From positions 40,734,001 to 40,798,000 of the forward strand of contig NC_043009.1 of assembly GCF_006345805.1 (NCBI RefSeq): a stretch of 64,000 nt of DNA. Direction: 5' to 3'. Each line of letters opens with the position of its first letter. The first letter of the stretch is position 1. Source of the stretch: Octopus sinensis. Taxonomy: Eukaryota. Below, in pieces: positions 40,319 through 53,452 of this stretch. A model generated the notes under the pieces. The model was given only the letters and a program-made list of their open reading frames with translations, searched no databases and was not told the origin of the DNA. A program made the translations under genes and the position numbers.

Positions 40319-40320
<2 letters not shown>
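39885..40320. mobile_element. Hammerhead-bearing Penelope-like non-autonomous element with an inverted 3' copy, between TA-rich arrays
   Basis: 39986-40031 is the reverse complement of 40273-40318, and the hammerhead lies between them. Confidence 0.72.
40070..40138 (+). ncRNA. Type I hammerhead ribozyme
   Basis: Stem I ACTATA/TATAGT. CTGATGA 40076-82. Stem II GGA/TCC and AAGATATG/CATATCTT. GAAA 40123-26. Palindrome ACGCGT. Cleavage after A40132. Confidence 0.85.
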
Positions 40321-40363
<43 letters not shown>

Positions 40364-41081
40364 GCGTCATAAAATTTGTGAAGTTACTTTTTGGAATGGT
40401 CGATCTCGAAGCAGAGCAGCTATGAATAATAACGTTTAAATACTGTAAAAATACTGAATAAATTTGAAGGATGTCTGCGGGCAGCCAAAGGAGGCCTTTA
40501 ACCCATTATTTACCTAATTCCTCACCGTATTTATCACAACCTTTTATTCCTTGACTGCTTTTAGCAGCGGCCACTCTGTCGCAGGCATTCGAACCTGGAT
40601 TAATGTTTGCGGATTCCTCTTGCCCAGTGATCTTGAGGGTTTTTGCAAAAGATCCCTCCTAACTAAAACAGGAAAAGAAAAAACTACTTATGACTGCACC
40701 CCCACCCCCACCCCCACCCCCACTATTTTAAGTGGTTATTGTGGAAGGAAGATCGAGCCACACAGCTGAGAGTTATTTTACATTTAATGCAAATTGTTTA
40801 TATTTTAGCGGGGTGGGGGCAGAAAATGGCAAGTGTGATTCCATGTCATTCCTAAGAGTACTTGGCAGTATGAGTTTCAACGAGGGATTGAAATCTGTCC
40901 GTTAATTTAGCTGACAAGAAATTTAGTTCATTCTTACACAACAACAAATGTCACTTAATAACTGCGTTGAAGTAAACAACCAAAGCACAGCAGTTGCAGC
41001 AAATGATGTAATGTATACGACGAAAGACTGTTTATTTTATTGTTGTTGTTGCTGTTGTTATTATTATTATTATTATTATTA

Positions 41082-41124
<43 letters not shown>

Positions 41125-42028
41125 TGTTTTAAAACATTGCTAAACATGAAATATGTTTCTCGTTTCTTGATATGATACTGAAAAACGAGAACCGAAATTG
41201 TATTAGCAGTTAGAAATTGTCCTAATTCTAACGATTAGAAGTTGAAGTAGAACATCTCCTATAAAAAAAAATTAAAATTAAAAAAAAAAACAAAACAAAA
41301 ATAACAAAAAAAACAAAAAAATAGAAGAAAAAAAGCTATAAGACTCCTTTTTAGCAACGAGATAACTTGTGGGTTTTCATTGCCTCTCGGTACAATTTAA
41401 AGTTTTGAGACTTGATCAAATGTTCTATATCACGTGTTGCTTTCGCTACAGTCAGAACTCATTTCAACTTGTGAACAGATAAAACTGTTATTGCTGTTGT
41501 TTAACCACAGGCTTTGTTGTGTAGTAGAGTGCACCGCTTGAGGTAGCCTTGCGTTTTCCACTCCCCACCCATTGGTTTATACAGCAGGCCTAAGACTCAA
41601 TAAAAACGTCGCCTGGGACGGGCCATCTCTATTGCCCCTACATAGCAACGCTACTTATACAGGTTAAGCCTGACTGAGCAAATTTATGATTAAAAGCGTT
41701 CCAGCCATATCTAAAACTTCATTGTCTTGAAGACGTAGGGTGTAATTAGGTTTTATTTCTAGCAAGTCGAGCAACTCCATAGAACTTCCCTCGTTGGTTC
41801 ATAATTGCTAATGCTGACCTGACATTAAGATTATTTATGATGATAACCGCCGTATAACAAAAAGTAGGACGGCTTAACAAAACCGTTCGAATTCTAATGA
41901 AATCCATTTTAATTATTTTAAAATCTGCTCAGATCCATGGAAAGAACAAATTCACAACTGTTTCACAACTTGCTATTCTTTCTTTACAAGTTTCTTACTT
42001 TACCCTTAAAAATCGTAGCTTTTGTGTA

Positions 42029-42435
42029 GGCGCAGGAGTGGTTGTGTGGTAAGTAGCTTGCTTACCAACCACATGGTTCCGGGTTCAGTCCCACTGCGTG
42101 GCATCTTGGACAAGTGTCTTCTGCTATAGCCCCGGGCCGACCAATGCCTTGTGAGACGGAAACTGAAAGAAGCCTGTCGTATATATGTATATATATGTAT
42201 GTATGTGTGTGTGTGTTTGCGTGTCTGTGTTTGTCCCCCTAGCATTGCTTGACAACAGATGCTGGTGTGTTTACGTCCCCGTCACTTAACGGTTCGGCAA
42301 AAGAGACCGATAAAATAAGTACTGGGCTTACAAAGAATAAGACCCGGGTTCGAGTTGCTCGACTAAAGGCGGTGCTCCAGCATGGCCGCAGTCAAATGAC
42401 TGAAACAAGTAAAAGAGTAAAGAGAGTAAGAGTAA
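42029..42435 (+). mobile_element. SINE family A, near full length
   Basis: Runs from the GGCGCAGGAGTGG head to the (AAGAGT)n tail. Confidence 0.92.
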
Positions 42436-42616
42436 GCCAGATGTTTTTGAAAAACGGATAATATTAAGATGAGGGCTATCGAGCAAGATTCAAATTTCTC
42501 TTTGCGGTAATCCAGCATGCTATTTGTGGTTTCCTTTTATGCTACGTTTACATCGCTATGTTCATTGCTATTTTCCATTCCATGTTAAAGCAATTCAGTG
42601 CAATCACTGCTAAAAT

Positions 42617-43005
42617 GGAAATGGAAGCACTCCGTCGGTTACGACGACGAGGATTCCAGTTGATCCGAATCAACGGAACAGCCTGCTCGTGAAATTAACG
42701 TGTAAGTGGCTGAGCACTCCACAGACACGTGTACCCTTAACGTAGTTCTCGGGGATATTCAGCGTGACACAGAGAGTGACAAGGCCGGCCCTTTGAAATG
42801 CAGGTACAACAGAAACAGGAAGTAAGAGTGAGAGAAAGTTGTGGTGAAAGAGTACAGCAGGGATCACCACCATCCCCTGCCGGAGCCTCATGGAGCTTTA
42901 GGTGTTTTCGCTCAATAAACACTCACAACGCCCGGTCTGGGAATCGAAACCGCGATCCTACGACCGCGAGTCCGCTGCCCTAACCACTGGACCATTGCGC
43001 CTCCA
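42617..43005 (-). mobile_element. SINE family C with tail type 1
   Basis: TSD ACTGCTAAAAT at 42606-16 and 43006-16. Confidence 0.92.
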
Positions 43006-43245
43006 ACTGCTAAAATATCTGTTAGAGAAAACCACGACAAAAGACCGGAGTAGCGATCAGCAACTTTTTTTTCACAATGGTTCACTTTCGAATTCATATA
43101 TTCGCTCATGGTCTTAATGCATTTTATGTCATATATATTCCTAATCTCATTGCAGTCAGAGGAACCAAACATTAAACGAATCGTGACTCAAAGCACTATC
43201 TAAAATCCTTCAATATTCAATAGTCCGCAAATACATTAAATTACG

Positions 43246-43338
<93 letters not shown>

Positions 43339-43370
43339 TTTATTTAAAGCAGCAGAAAATTCAACAAAAT

Positions 43371-43402
43371 CTGTTACTCTGAGTTTCTCGTTGCCGTTCA
43401 TC
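43371..43402 (-). ncRNA. Truncated minimal hammerhead inside a TA array
   Basis: Reverse complement: ..GATGA-ACG-gcaa-CGA-GAAA-CTCAGAG-TA-ACAG. The 5' strand of stem I and the CU of the core are missing. Confidence 0.55.
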
Positions 43403-43454
43403 TCTTTTTTTCCACCTTGTTTCACATTTATGTGTTTACTCCGGTATATATATA

Positions 43455-43518
<64 letters not shown>

Positions 43519-43636
43519 AGAGAGAGAGGGAGGGAGAGAGATGGGAGTAAATGGATGAGATCCGGTGACTCTCAATACAGAAAACACTTAGTAGCGCTCA
43601 AAGGATTTGAACTTATACTCCGAAAATTTTTATCTC

Positions 43637-43764
43637 TCCACCCTGAAGACAGAAGCCGGATCAACCCAATGTTTATGTTGCTTCTATTACTGATTACATA
43701 ATTTTCTGAACTACGTCTGACAACATTACGAAGTAACTCAGAGTCCTCACAAACAGCTGTCGGA
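43637..43764 (+). ncRNA. Degenerate long-stem-II hammerhead (same family as 56.4 and 61.3 kb)
   Basis: CTGAAGA 43643-49, 100-nt insert, CAAA-CAGCTG-TC-GGA 43750-64. The downstream tail to ~43920 aligns with 56560-56710. Confidence 0.55.
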
Positions 43765-44253
43765 CTTTTAACACCATACCTTTACCCTCTAATTTTTGGA
43801 TGTCTTTGTACTCTGTGTAAGTTTGCTCCAGAAATATATAAATATCTATGTATTTATACTTGAATATTCATCATCTAAATCTTTTCATCATTTCCTTTCT
43901 CTCTATTTACATGTATACATGTATATATTTTTGTTTACCTAACTTAAGAGGCTTTATTCGTTTATTTGCATCATTATCTAGTCGCCGACCCCCGAACTAG
44001 AAAATTGCGAAGATTTTCCATGTAAAATTCTGCTAAAGTTAACTTTACAACAGAACCCTTTAGGATCAACTTTGTTATACTTTTGGTGTCATTAAAGTAA
44101 GCACCAGTAATACGCTGGGGTCCAGTGATTCAATCTGCCATTATGCTTCCCTCTGTCACATGTCCAACGAAAGTAAGCCATTCAGTAAAGCAATGAAATA
44201 AGGTTTTGACAGAACAACTTTATACCACAGTTTTTATTTATTTATCTATGTAT

Positions 44254-44293
<40 letters not shown>

Positions 44294-45289
44294 TTATTAT
44301 TTATTTATTTATTTATTTATTTAAAGTTGCTGTGTCTGGAGGAAGAAGTAGTACACATGGCTTCTGCAGGCATTCCAAGGCAGGTAAGATTGATGCTATT
44401 AATGTGCCATCACCCACAGGTAAAACATGAGCTGAGGAAGATTTTGAAAGAGGAAACACTGGGATATATTCCAGTCAGTCGGCTTACTCTTTTCAGGATG
44501 TCTGTGCATGCAGCAGCAGTAGTTGCAGCAGCATCAACAGTATCAGCAGCAGCAACATCTCAAACGAAGGTTTCACTTGAGTTCTGTAGAGTGTAAATGA
44601 TTGTTGGGGTTGCAATATCTTCTGACTCTGAAGAGAAGGATTAGTCGATAAACTATGGTCGTTGCTATATTAGGGATGAACTTTCGAGGGATAAATCCGC
44701 GATGATAATAATTGTTCGAATCGATTCAATTCATTAAAAAATCGATTTACTTGACAGAAACAGAAGGATCATTAATAACCATTCTGCAGGTGATAATTCC
44801 ATGTTAAGATTTCGAGTGATGAGTTGATATCTTTGGTTGGATAATTCCACACCAATAAATAATAATTCTTGGTTCGACAAGAATTGGTAGTTACATCAAT
44901 TAGATACTTTACTGTTCGTAAGGTCCTCGGCTCAAACATCAAAGTTATTCCAGCCATTCTCTTGAAACGTTGAGGTGAAGTTTGCTCCTGAGCATCGAGT
45001 GGGAAATGTTTTTCCAACAATATTCCGGAAATTCTAAACCAGAATTTAATCGGCTGAAGTGATCTATATTTAGATTAGGTGAAATTTTCAAGGCAACTTG
45101 GAGCTTCTGTATATGCAATGGACTTGATAGAAATAGCAACTAAAATCCTCTCAAACCATATTTTATCATTTTATTAATGGAAGGACACTTTAACTAGCGT
45201 AGTCAAAGATGCACTGCCTTAAACTAAACTAGCTGGAACAATTTAGTCATTAGTCTCCTTGATCAGGCTTAACCTGGGGCTAAACAGTA

Positions 45290-45471
45290 CATGCCCGTCA
45301 CTAAGCGATTGCACTGGACGGTACTGCCCCTTGACTTTTCAGTGGTGTACCCTCAGGTTTAAAATATATAGTTCTTACAAAAGTTTACCCGCAAAAGAAA
45401 TTAGTGCCCACCCAGAATATTCTGAAACATCCCCCACCTCCACCAGGCACCAAAGTCTGGTGACGGGTCTG
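45290..45471. mobile_element. Probable old hAT MITE
   Basis: Imperfect TIR CATGCCCGTCAC / GTGACGGGTCTG. The flanks AAACAGTA and AAGCAGCA resemble a decayed 8-bp TSD. Confidence 0.5.
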
Positions 45472-45648
45472 AAGCAGCAGCAGCAATTTAAAGTCATGTC
45501 ACAAGAGGAGGCTGAAGGAAAAGATAACTGATTTTATGCAAGCAATATTGTTTCAAACTGAAAAAATGAAAAGCAAAGACAACTGCGGCAGCATTTGAAC
45601 TCAGAGCGTAAAGAGCCGAAAGAAATGGATCTTTATAGAAACCATATT

Positions 45649-46061
45649 CTTTTCTACATTAGGTACAAGGCCCGAAATTTTCAGGGAGGGGCCAGTCGAT
45701 TAGATCAACTCCAGTACGCAACTGGTACATAATTTATTGACCCCCCGAAAGGATGAAAGGCACAGTGAAAGTCAACCTTGGCGGAATTTGAACTCAGAAC
45801 GTAAAGACAGACGAAATACCTATTTCTTTACTACCCACAAAAGGATAAACACAGAGGAGACAAACAAGGACAGACAGACAGACGGATTAAGTCGATTACA
45901 CCGACCTCAGTGCGTAACTGGTACTTAATTTTATCGACCCCGAAAGGATGAAAGGCAAAGTCGACCTCGGCGGAATTTGAACTCAGAACGTAACGGCAGA
46001 CGAAATACCACTAAGCATCCACCCTCCCCGGCGTGTTAACGTTTCTGTCAGCTCACCACCT
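45649..46061 (-). mobile_element. Chimeric dimer of SINE family B; older B copies flank it to ~46410
   Basis: 19-bp TSD TCTTTATAGAAACCATATT at 45630-48 and 46062-80. Confidence 0.88.
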
Positions 46062-47044
46062 TCTTTATAGAAACCATATTAACGAAGACAAATTTATGTT
46101 TCTTAATAATCCTTAAAGCTTAAAGCCGGACATTTTAGACGGGGCGCACTAATCGATTACATCGACTCAGCGAATACTTATTTTATCGACCGCGAAAGAA
46201 TCAAAGACAACCTCGGTGAAATTTGAACTCAAAACGTAAAGATAGACGAAATGATTTTAATCCTTCTTACAATAGGCACAAGGCCTGGAATTTTGGACGA
46301 GGCAGGCTAATCGATTACATCGATCTTAGTGCTTAGCTGCTACTTATTTTACCAAGCGTGAAAGGATAGAAGGTAAAGTCGACATCAGTGGCATTTGAAC
46401 ATGGAACGTAGGGAACCAGAAGATATGGCGTTTTATAGGAGTCATATTAATGAAGACAAATTTATGTCTCTTAATAATGAATCTATGTGAAATTTAGTCC
46501 AACTTGTGTAGTAACTCCATTAACAAGCCAACCACATATTGCACATAAATCACAGCTAAACGCCTACTTAATGAGCAAAAATACCCAACTCCGAATAGTG
46601 AATTCTCTCTCCATATCTGTCCGTCTGTCTCTCCCTCTTTATCTCTCTCTCTCTCTCCTTCTCTTTATCCCTTTCTCTCTCTCTCTTTCTTACCCTCTCA
46701 CACTCTCTTCCTCTCTCTCCCATCTTTTCCTTATCTATCGTAGTATCTTTGCCAGAATCATATTACTATAATCTAAATAGATTGTCAGCATTGACTTTCA
46801 TAAACAACGTATTCTCATACCAATATTTATTCTTCCTTTTCCTTTTTTTTAAAATATATATTTATTACCTCATTAGCATATCTCATATTACACAGCTACT
46901 AGTGAAACGATTTATTCTCTAAGGAATATATATTCCAGTGGTGCAATACAAATTTTGACAGAATTTCACATCACGTATCTACAAAATAATACTCTGTGTA
47001 TGATCTAAAATATCATATTTGCATCATAAAGACTGGAAAACAGT

Positions 47045-47236
47045 GAGTTGGCAGAATCGTTACTACGCTGGCATCCGGTTCTTTACACTCTGAGTTCAAA
47101 TGCCGCCGAGGTCTACTTTGCCTTTCATTCTTTTGTGGGTCGATAAGATAAGTACCAATTGAGCACTGGGGTCGATTCAATCAACTAACTCTCTCCTTCA
47201 AAATTTCAGGCTTTGTGTCTATAATAGAAAGAATTA
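47045..47236 (+). mobile_element. SINE family B
   Basis: Head, central block and tail are recognisable. Confidence 0.82.
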
Positions 47237-47482
47237 TTATAAAGAATGTGTAAGTGATACAAAGATGCCGGATCAAAATGCCTTGATGAGTAATTATATC
47301 CGGAGGATTTTTTTCTAACCTGGTAGTCTAATGGTGCAAATCAGTCAATACCATTGAGTGTGTTGGAGGATTTTTTTTCTAACCTTGTAGTCTAATGGTG
47401 CAAATTAGTCAATACCATTAAGTGCGTTTTAGGTAAAGCTAGGGTTTTAATTAAGTCTATCCGGAGTTGGCTCTCTTCAGTA

Positions 47483-47528
47483 TTTCCCATTGATAACGGC
47501 TAAAAAGAGCTAGAAACGCGTTTGGAAA
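47483..47528 (+). ncRNA. Degenerate minimal hammerhead
   Basis: TTTCCCA-TTGATAA (two transitions from CTGATGA)-CGGCT..AGCTA-GAAA-CGCG-TT-TGGAAA. Confidence 0.5.
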
Positions 47529-47716
47529 CCCGACAAGGGAAGCACTGGACATGTGGTGTTATTACACCTTTTTACCATAAGAGAGAGTTTTTTCTTCACT
47601 GTAATTGCAGTGAATTTATCTTTAGAAGTTAAAACATGTTACAAATATTTTAACTAACCTAAAATTCACTTATACCTAAACACTGCTTGGTGCTGATACT
47701 GATGTAGTATACATAC

Positions 47717-47793
<77 letters not shown>

Positions 47794-47824
47794 CATATAT
47801 ATATATACATATATACATATATAC

Positions 47825-47869
<45 letters not shown>

Positions 47870-48024
47870 TACACATACATATATATACATACGCATATAT
47901 ATATATATGCACATAATGTACACACACACACACACACACTTTTACATATATATATATATATATATACATATGTATAAATATATATATATATACATACATA
48001 TATATATATACATATGTATAAATA

Positions 48025-48328
48025 TGTGACCGTGACCGACCAGGCTATCAGATGTTGTTACACATCGCTGGTCACAATGTGCTTCGCATTGTTTTAGCCT
48101 TCAAATGACGCCACCCCGCTGGCTAAGCGAGCAGGCCAACAGAAGAAAGAGTGAGAGAAAGTTGCGGCGAAAGAGTACAGCAGGGATCGCCACCACCCCC
48201 TGCCGGAGCCTCGTGGAGCTTTAGGTGTTTTCGCCCAATAAACACCCACAACGCCCGGTCTGGGAATCGAAACCGCGATCCTACAACCGCGAGTCCGCTG
48301 CCCTAACCACTGGGCCATTGTGCTTCCA
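48025..48328 (-). mobile_element. SINE family C with tail type 3
   Basis: Matches 62551-62848. Confidence 0.9.
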
Positions 48329-49342
48329 CATGTATAATTATACGTATATGCATATATATACATATATACATATATATACACACACACACATATATATATG
48401 TCTCGTCTTGTGTGCGTGTTCATGTGGCTGAGTCGGTTCTGTGAGTTTCTGTGTGTGTGAAACAGCACCCTTTAGAATTTATCTGTTTTGTACCACATCT
48501 TTATTGTTTACTTTATCACAAATTTTCTGCAGTCTCTGTATCTAGACCAGGTTTGTCTCGGCATCTAGAGCAAGTTTCATTGGCGTCCTTACTTATGATA
48601 TCATTTAACTTCTTGTCCTCCTTGTACACCTTGACCCTATCTCTCTGATTGTAGTCAGAGACCTGCATGCGGTGCATAACGTTCTGTGTGTCTCTCTTTG
48701 CTTCACAGGGCTCGCGCAAGGAGGATATGTCGTTCATTAACCCAACTAAATCCGCTATAAGTACGTTTATCGATACATTGTGTGATATAGACGAGTTCTT
48801 ATGAATGACATATTTGGAAGATATGGGTTTCATGTAATTTGTATAGAGGAGTTAAACCCTGTTGTTTGTAGTCTGTAACCAAAGTTCAGTATCGAGGACA
48901 CTGAGTATATTGTTAGCGGGGCCGGATTTAAGCTAATTCGACAGATTTGTTCAAATTGGGTCCTGAGCCAAGAGAGGGCGCCACCCACACGCTCAAGTGG
49001 AGGATGCTATGATTAATTTATAGTATATCATTGTGGATTTTTGGCTAGGATTGGCGTACAACACGAAGTATAAAGCATCAATCTTCAGCTTTTGTAGAGT
49101 AAAGTGTCCCATTGACAATTCTCTAATTGGGCCCCGCACTTCCTAGCGCCGGTTCTAATTGTCAGGGTGTCTAGTAGAGGAATCTATCGTTACCCTAATA
49201 CTCTAATGGATGGAGTTAGCTATGCTATGGATGCTTTCCATCGTACTCCTCTCGGCTTCCTCGGTATGACCACATGGTATTATCCTAATTAGATATTTGA
49301 TATCATCTACATATCTATAGTTTTGTATTACAGCCATAGAGA

Positions 49343-49540
49343 AGGCGGTGAAATGGTAGAACCATTACCACGCCGGGCACCAATGCTTAGCAGCGTTTCA
49401 CCCGTCTTTACGTTCTGCCGAGGTCGACTTTGCCTTCCATCCTTTCGGACGCGATAAAATAAGTACCAGTTGAACACTGGGGTCGATGTATTCGCCTTGG
49501 CCCCTCCCACAAACCTACTAGCCTTGTGCCAAATATTGAA
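49343..49540 (+). mobile_element. SINE family B
   Basis: GAGGTCGACTTTGCCTTCCATCCTTTCGG block. Confidence 0.82.
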
Positions 49541-51024
49541 GCCAGTATCACGGTCACAGAGTGTCCATCAAGAGCTGCTGCCCTTTTTTGTCCCACCAGA
49601 TCATGAAGAAGCAAGCGACGTCCCCAGCCACACCGATACCAATGGCTGCTCCTTGAATCTGCATATATATTATTGAACGTGATTATGTGGTTCGTCAAAG
49701 CAATTTTTATGCTGGCGTCTATCGCATGTGCAATCATCTTTCTCTCCTGATTGTTATTCTCTGGATTTCTGAATATGTAATGCTTCTTGCATTATTACAA
49801 TCATTATAATGTAAAAGACTGAAAACGCTATCTGTCAGAGTTAATAGAGTGCTGGATAATATGCCTTATGGGGGTTCCATTACGTCCCTTTTTGTATGAT
49901 CTAATACATATAACTAGATTGTCATCCGTCATATAACAGGTAACTTTCTATTCTTATGCCGTTGGGTGTAATATCAGAAAATATGGCATACTTACGATAA
50001 CTATAATTTAACTTCTGACGCTTATACAAAATAATGGATCGAAAGCTAATTTTCAAAAGGAAATATTTATTACTTTAAAATAAAATGAAATAAAACAAAA
50101 TAAAGATATACATATTCATTCATAATACGTTCCGGCAGATTCGAACTTGAATATGCTAACCTCTGTTGTATTTTGTTCACGGAGAGCAATTTATCTCTAT
50201 TTCTTATTTCTATAACTCCTCAAATTCTGTCATTTACTTCTTACATACATACATACATACTACATACATACATACATACATACATACATACATACATACA
50301 TACACAGGAGGGGAGAGAGAGACAGACAGGCAGACAGGTAGGCAGGCAGACAGATAGATAGATTGATATAGATATGCCTATGCGGTCTACGCGTGTACAC
50401 AGAGACAGAGAGAAATAAAGAAACGGAGAAAGAGGGGGAGAGAGGAGAGGAAATATTTACTAGAAAATACGTACCGAAGAAATGCCAAATGCCGTCAAGC
50501 TTATGTTGAAAGAAATAGTTTATTTAATGGTTTAGAAGCAACGCAATAATGTCGATAAGTACAAAGTAGTGATAGTGGTGACTTTGGTATATTTGCTGCC
50601 TTAGAAATTTCTTCACTCGCAAAACACAACTTTGCCAAGTGACACATATAGAAGATGAAAAAGAGATCAGACATCAAACATGTTAAACCAATAAATGTTT
50701 ATGACCTACAAAGAAGAATTATTAGAGAAAATAGTAGAGGGGGCTATCTTTTATCTTTTCACTTGTTGCAGCAATACTGGGGCACCGCCTTGAAGAACTT
50801 TTAGTCAATTGAATCGACCCCAATACTTGTTTTTTAAAACCTGATCCATATTCTGTCGGTATAATAGTGCGTAACCGCTAAGTTATGGAGACGTAAATAC
50901 ACCAACGTTGGTTGTCGAGTGGTGATGAGAGGAGAGGCAAACGCAAATACAAACACACACACACATATATAATTGTTAAAGAGGACAACAAGCGTTAAGG
51001 CAAGGCAAGCATCTCAAGTCATAT

Positions 51025-51435
51025 ACTCTTTTACTCTTTTACTTGTTTCAGTCATTTGACTGCGGCCATGCTGGAGCACCGCCTTTAATCGAGGAACTCG
51101 ACCCCGGGACTTATTCTTTGTAAGCCCAGTACTTATTCTATCGGTCTCTTTTTGCCGAGCCGCTAAGTAACGGGGACATAAACACACCAGCATCGGTTGT
51201 CAAGCAATGCTGGGGGGACAAACACAGACACACAGACACACACACGCATATATATATATATATACATATATACGACGGGCTTCTTTCAGTTTCCGTCTAC
51301 CAAATCCACTCACAAGGCTTTGGTCAGCCCGAGGCTATAGTAGAAGACACTTGCCCAAGGTGCCACGCAGTGGGACTGAACCCGGAACCATGCGGTTGAT
51401 AGACAAGCTACTTACCACACAGCCACTCCTGCGCC
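51025..51435 (-). mobile_element. SINE family A, full length
   Basis: Reverse complement of the family A consensus. Confidence 0.92.
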
Positions 51436-51802
51436 TATATACATTATTATTATTGGAAAAACTTTCAAAGTCTTATAGCTGTTTCTGGGATATCCCAGAG
51501 TATGGGATATTCCGTCATTAGAGACAAATAGGGAAAAGGATACATACATACATACAAGTGCTCGGGCTAAAGTTGATGATCTTTGATGTCACTTTTTCAT
51601 TTTTTTGTCAAGAACAGCTTGATGCATTGGTGAACAGTCAATGGTGTTGGAGGGCGGAAAGACTAAAGTTGTAGTTGAGAGAAACCTAGCTGACTTGTAG
51701 GGCTGGAATCCATCTGAATAGAGGTAAAAACTTAACTGTATCATGATGATTCGCATCGGGTGTCAAAATGTGGACATCCTGACTGCTGCTAAATGCTCTT
51801 TG

Positions 51803-52130
51803 GTGAGGGCGCGTGGCTTAGTGGTTAGGGCATTCGGCTCATGATCGTAAGGTTGTGAGTTCGATTCCCAGCGACGCGTTGTGTTCTTGAGCAAGACACT
51901 TTATTTCACGTTGCTCCAGTCCACTCAGCTGGCAAAAATGAGTTGTACCTGTATTTCAAAGGCCCAGCCTTGTCACACTCTGTGTCACGCTGAATCTCCT
52001 TGCGAACTACGTTAAGGGTACACGTGTCTGTGGAATGCTCAGCCAATTTGCACGTTAATTTCACGAGCAAGCTGTTCCGTTGATCGTATCAGCTGGGACT
52101 CTCGTCGTCGTAACCGACGGAGTGCTCCTT
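51803..52130 (+). mobile_element. SINE family D with tail type 1
   Basis: 13-bp TSD TAAATGCTCTTTG at 51790-802 and 52131-143. Confidence 0.9.
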
Positions 52131-52159
52131 TAAATGCTCTTTGAATACTGTAAAGACTG

Positions 52160-52850
52160 TAAGACGAGACATAAACATCCTGAAAACCAAGTGACGGTCT
52201 TTGGGCGTATCTACAGTGAGGGAGACGTCACGCCGCCCAACATCTTTGAAGAGAGCTTTAGGCGGCTCAGTTCAAGTGGCTATATGAAGGTTTTGGATAC
52301 TTTAGTCAAAACCTGACTGGTGAGGGTTGCTACTATGTTATATCCGTGGCTGTGGGATTCGGCTCCTTGCTCCGAAAAAGGTTAGAAGTGGTTGTCGGGG
52401 AATTTCTACGACTTCCCCAGCCCAAATTTCTGGCGTCCTAATCCCTCCGATTGTAATCCTTTGTAGTTGTTGTTAAGCAACAAGACGGGTAAGGGTGAGG
52501 GTGATTAGGTGATGGTCTAGGGCTTAGGGGCGGAAGACCCCAAACCTTGGAAAAAAACAAACTTTGGTCGTCTTGTTGTAGTCGAGGGCTCTTCGTTGAC
52601 GCCCGACACCACTGGGAGGTGGCCCTCGAAGTAGCTGGAAATGGAGATCTCCAGGTTCAAATTCTTGAACGGCTAATCCTTTGTATAGGTCGCAGTTGAG
52701 AAAGACACCGACCGCTCTGTCTATAATACCAAGACCGATCTGGTGGCCAAGATCAAGGAAACAGGGACGAACGTATGCACTAGGTTCCAGAGTTGCCACG
52801 TGGCTCTGGTAGAAGCTGGGGGATGGGCGAATACTTTGAGGAAACTCTTA
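52160..52850 (+). mobile_element. Decayed Tc1/mariner (maT/DD37D-like) transposase
   Basis: KHPENQVTVFGRIYSEGDVTPPNIF..YMKVL..WDSAPC..KWLSGNFYDF..NFWRPNPSDCNPL, compare WPPNSPDCNPLD. Confidence 0.75.
52466..52673 (-). mobile_element. Short 5'-truncated non-LTR retrotransposon 3' end
   Basis: 12-bp TSD TAATCCTTTGTA at 52454-65 and 52674-85. The minus strand ends in (CAA)n. Confidence 0.7.
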
Positions 52851-52941
52851 TCTTCCAGCCATAATCTTGTTGATATGTTTTGACTTTTTAAAATACTTCC
52901 ATTTTGGGATAGGTTATCATTGTGCTTTCATTTCATTTCAC

Positions 52942-53256
52942 TTTTTTTCTCGCCCTTTTCAAGCCTAGCCAGGCTCATGGGCCCGATTTCCCGGTTTCTG
53001 TGGCGTAGGTGTTCCCTCCAGCTGGACGGGACGCCAGTCCATCGCAGCGTTACTCAAGAAACAGGAAGAGAGTGTGAGAGAAAGTTGCCATGAAGGAGTA
53101 CAACAGGGGTTGCCACCACCACTCTGCCGGAGCCTTGTGGAGCTTTTAGATGTTTTCGCTCAATAAACACACACTCAACGCCCGGTGTGGGAATCGAAAC
53201 TGCGATCCTCTGACCGCGAGTCCGCTGCCCTAACTACTGGGCCATTGCGCCTCCAC
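52942..53256 (-). mobile_element. SINE family C with V-like tail type 2
   Basis: Matches 11615-11915. Flanked by CATTTCATTT on both sides. Confidence 0.9.
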
Positions 53257-53452
53257 CATTTCATTTAATGCACACTATCAAATATAGCTCGAACGCCGCG
53301 CGCGCGCGCGCGCGCGTGTGTGTGTGTTGTGTGTGTGTGTGTGTGTGTGTGCCGAAAGATAGACAGAGAAAGAGAGATTACAGACTGTCAGTAAGTGTCC
53401 AACCTATTTTGTGGAGCTCATCTTTTCAAGATTGGCACCGAACCATTTAGTC

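Noticed and set aside
48480-48900. 105-aa ORF with CSRC
   Set aside because: Possibly a LINE zinc-knuckle relic, but too decayed to assign.
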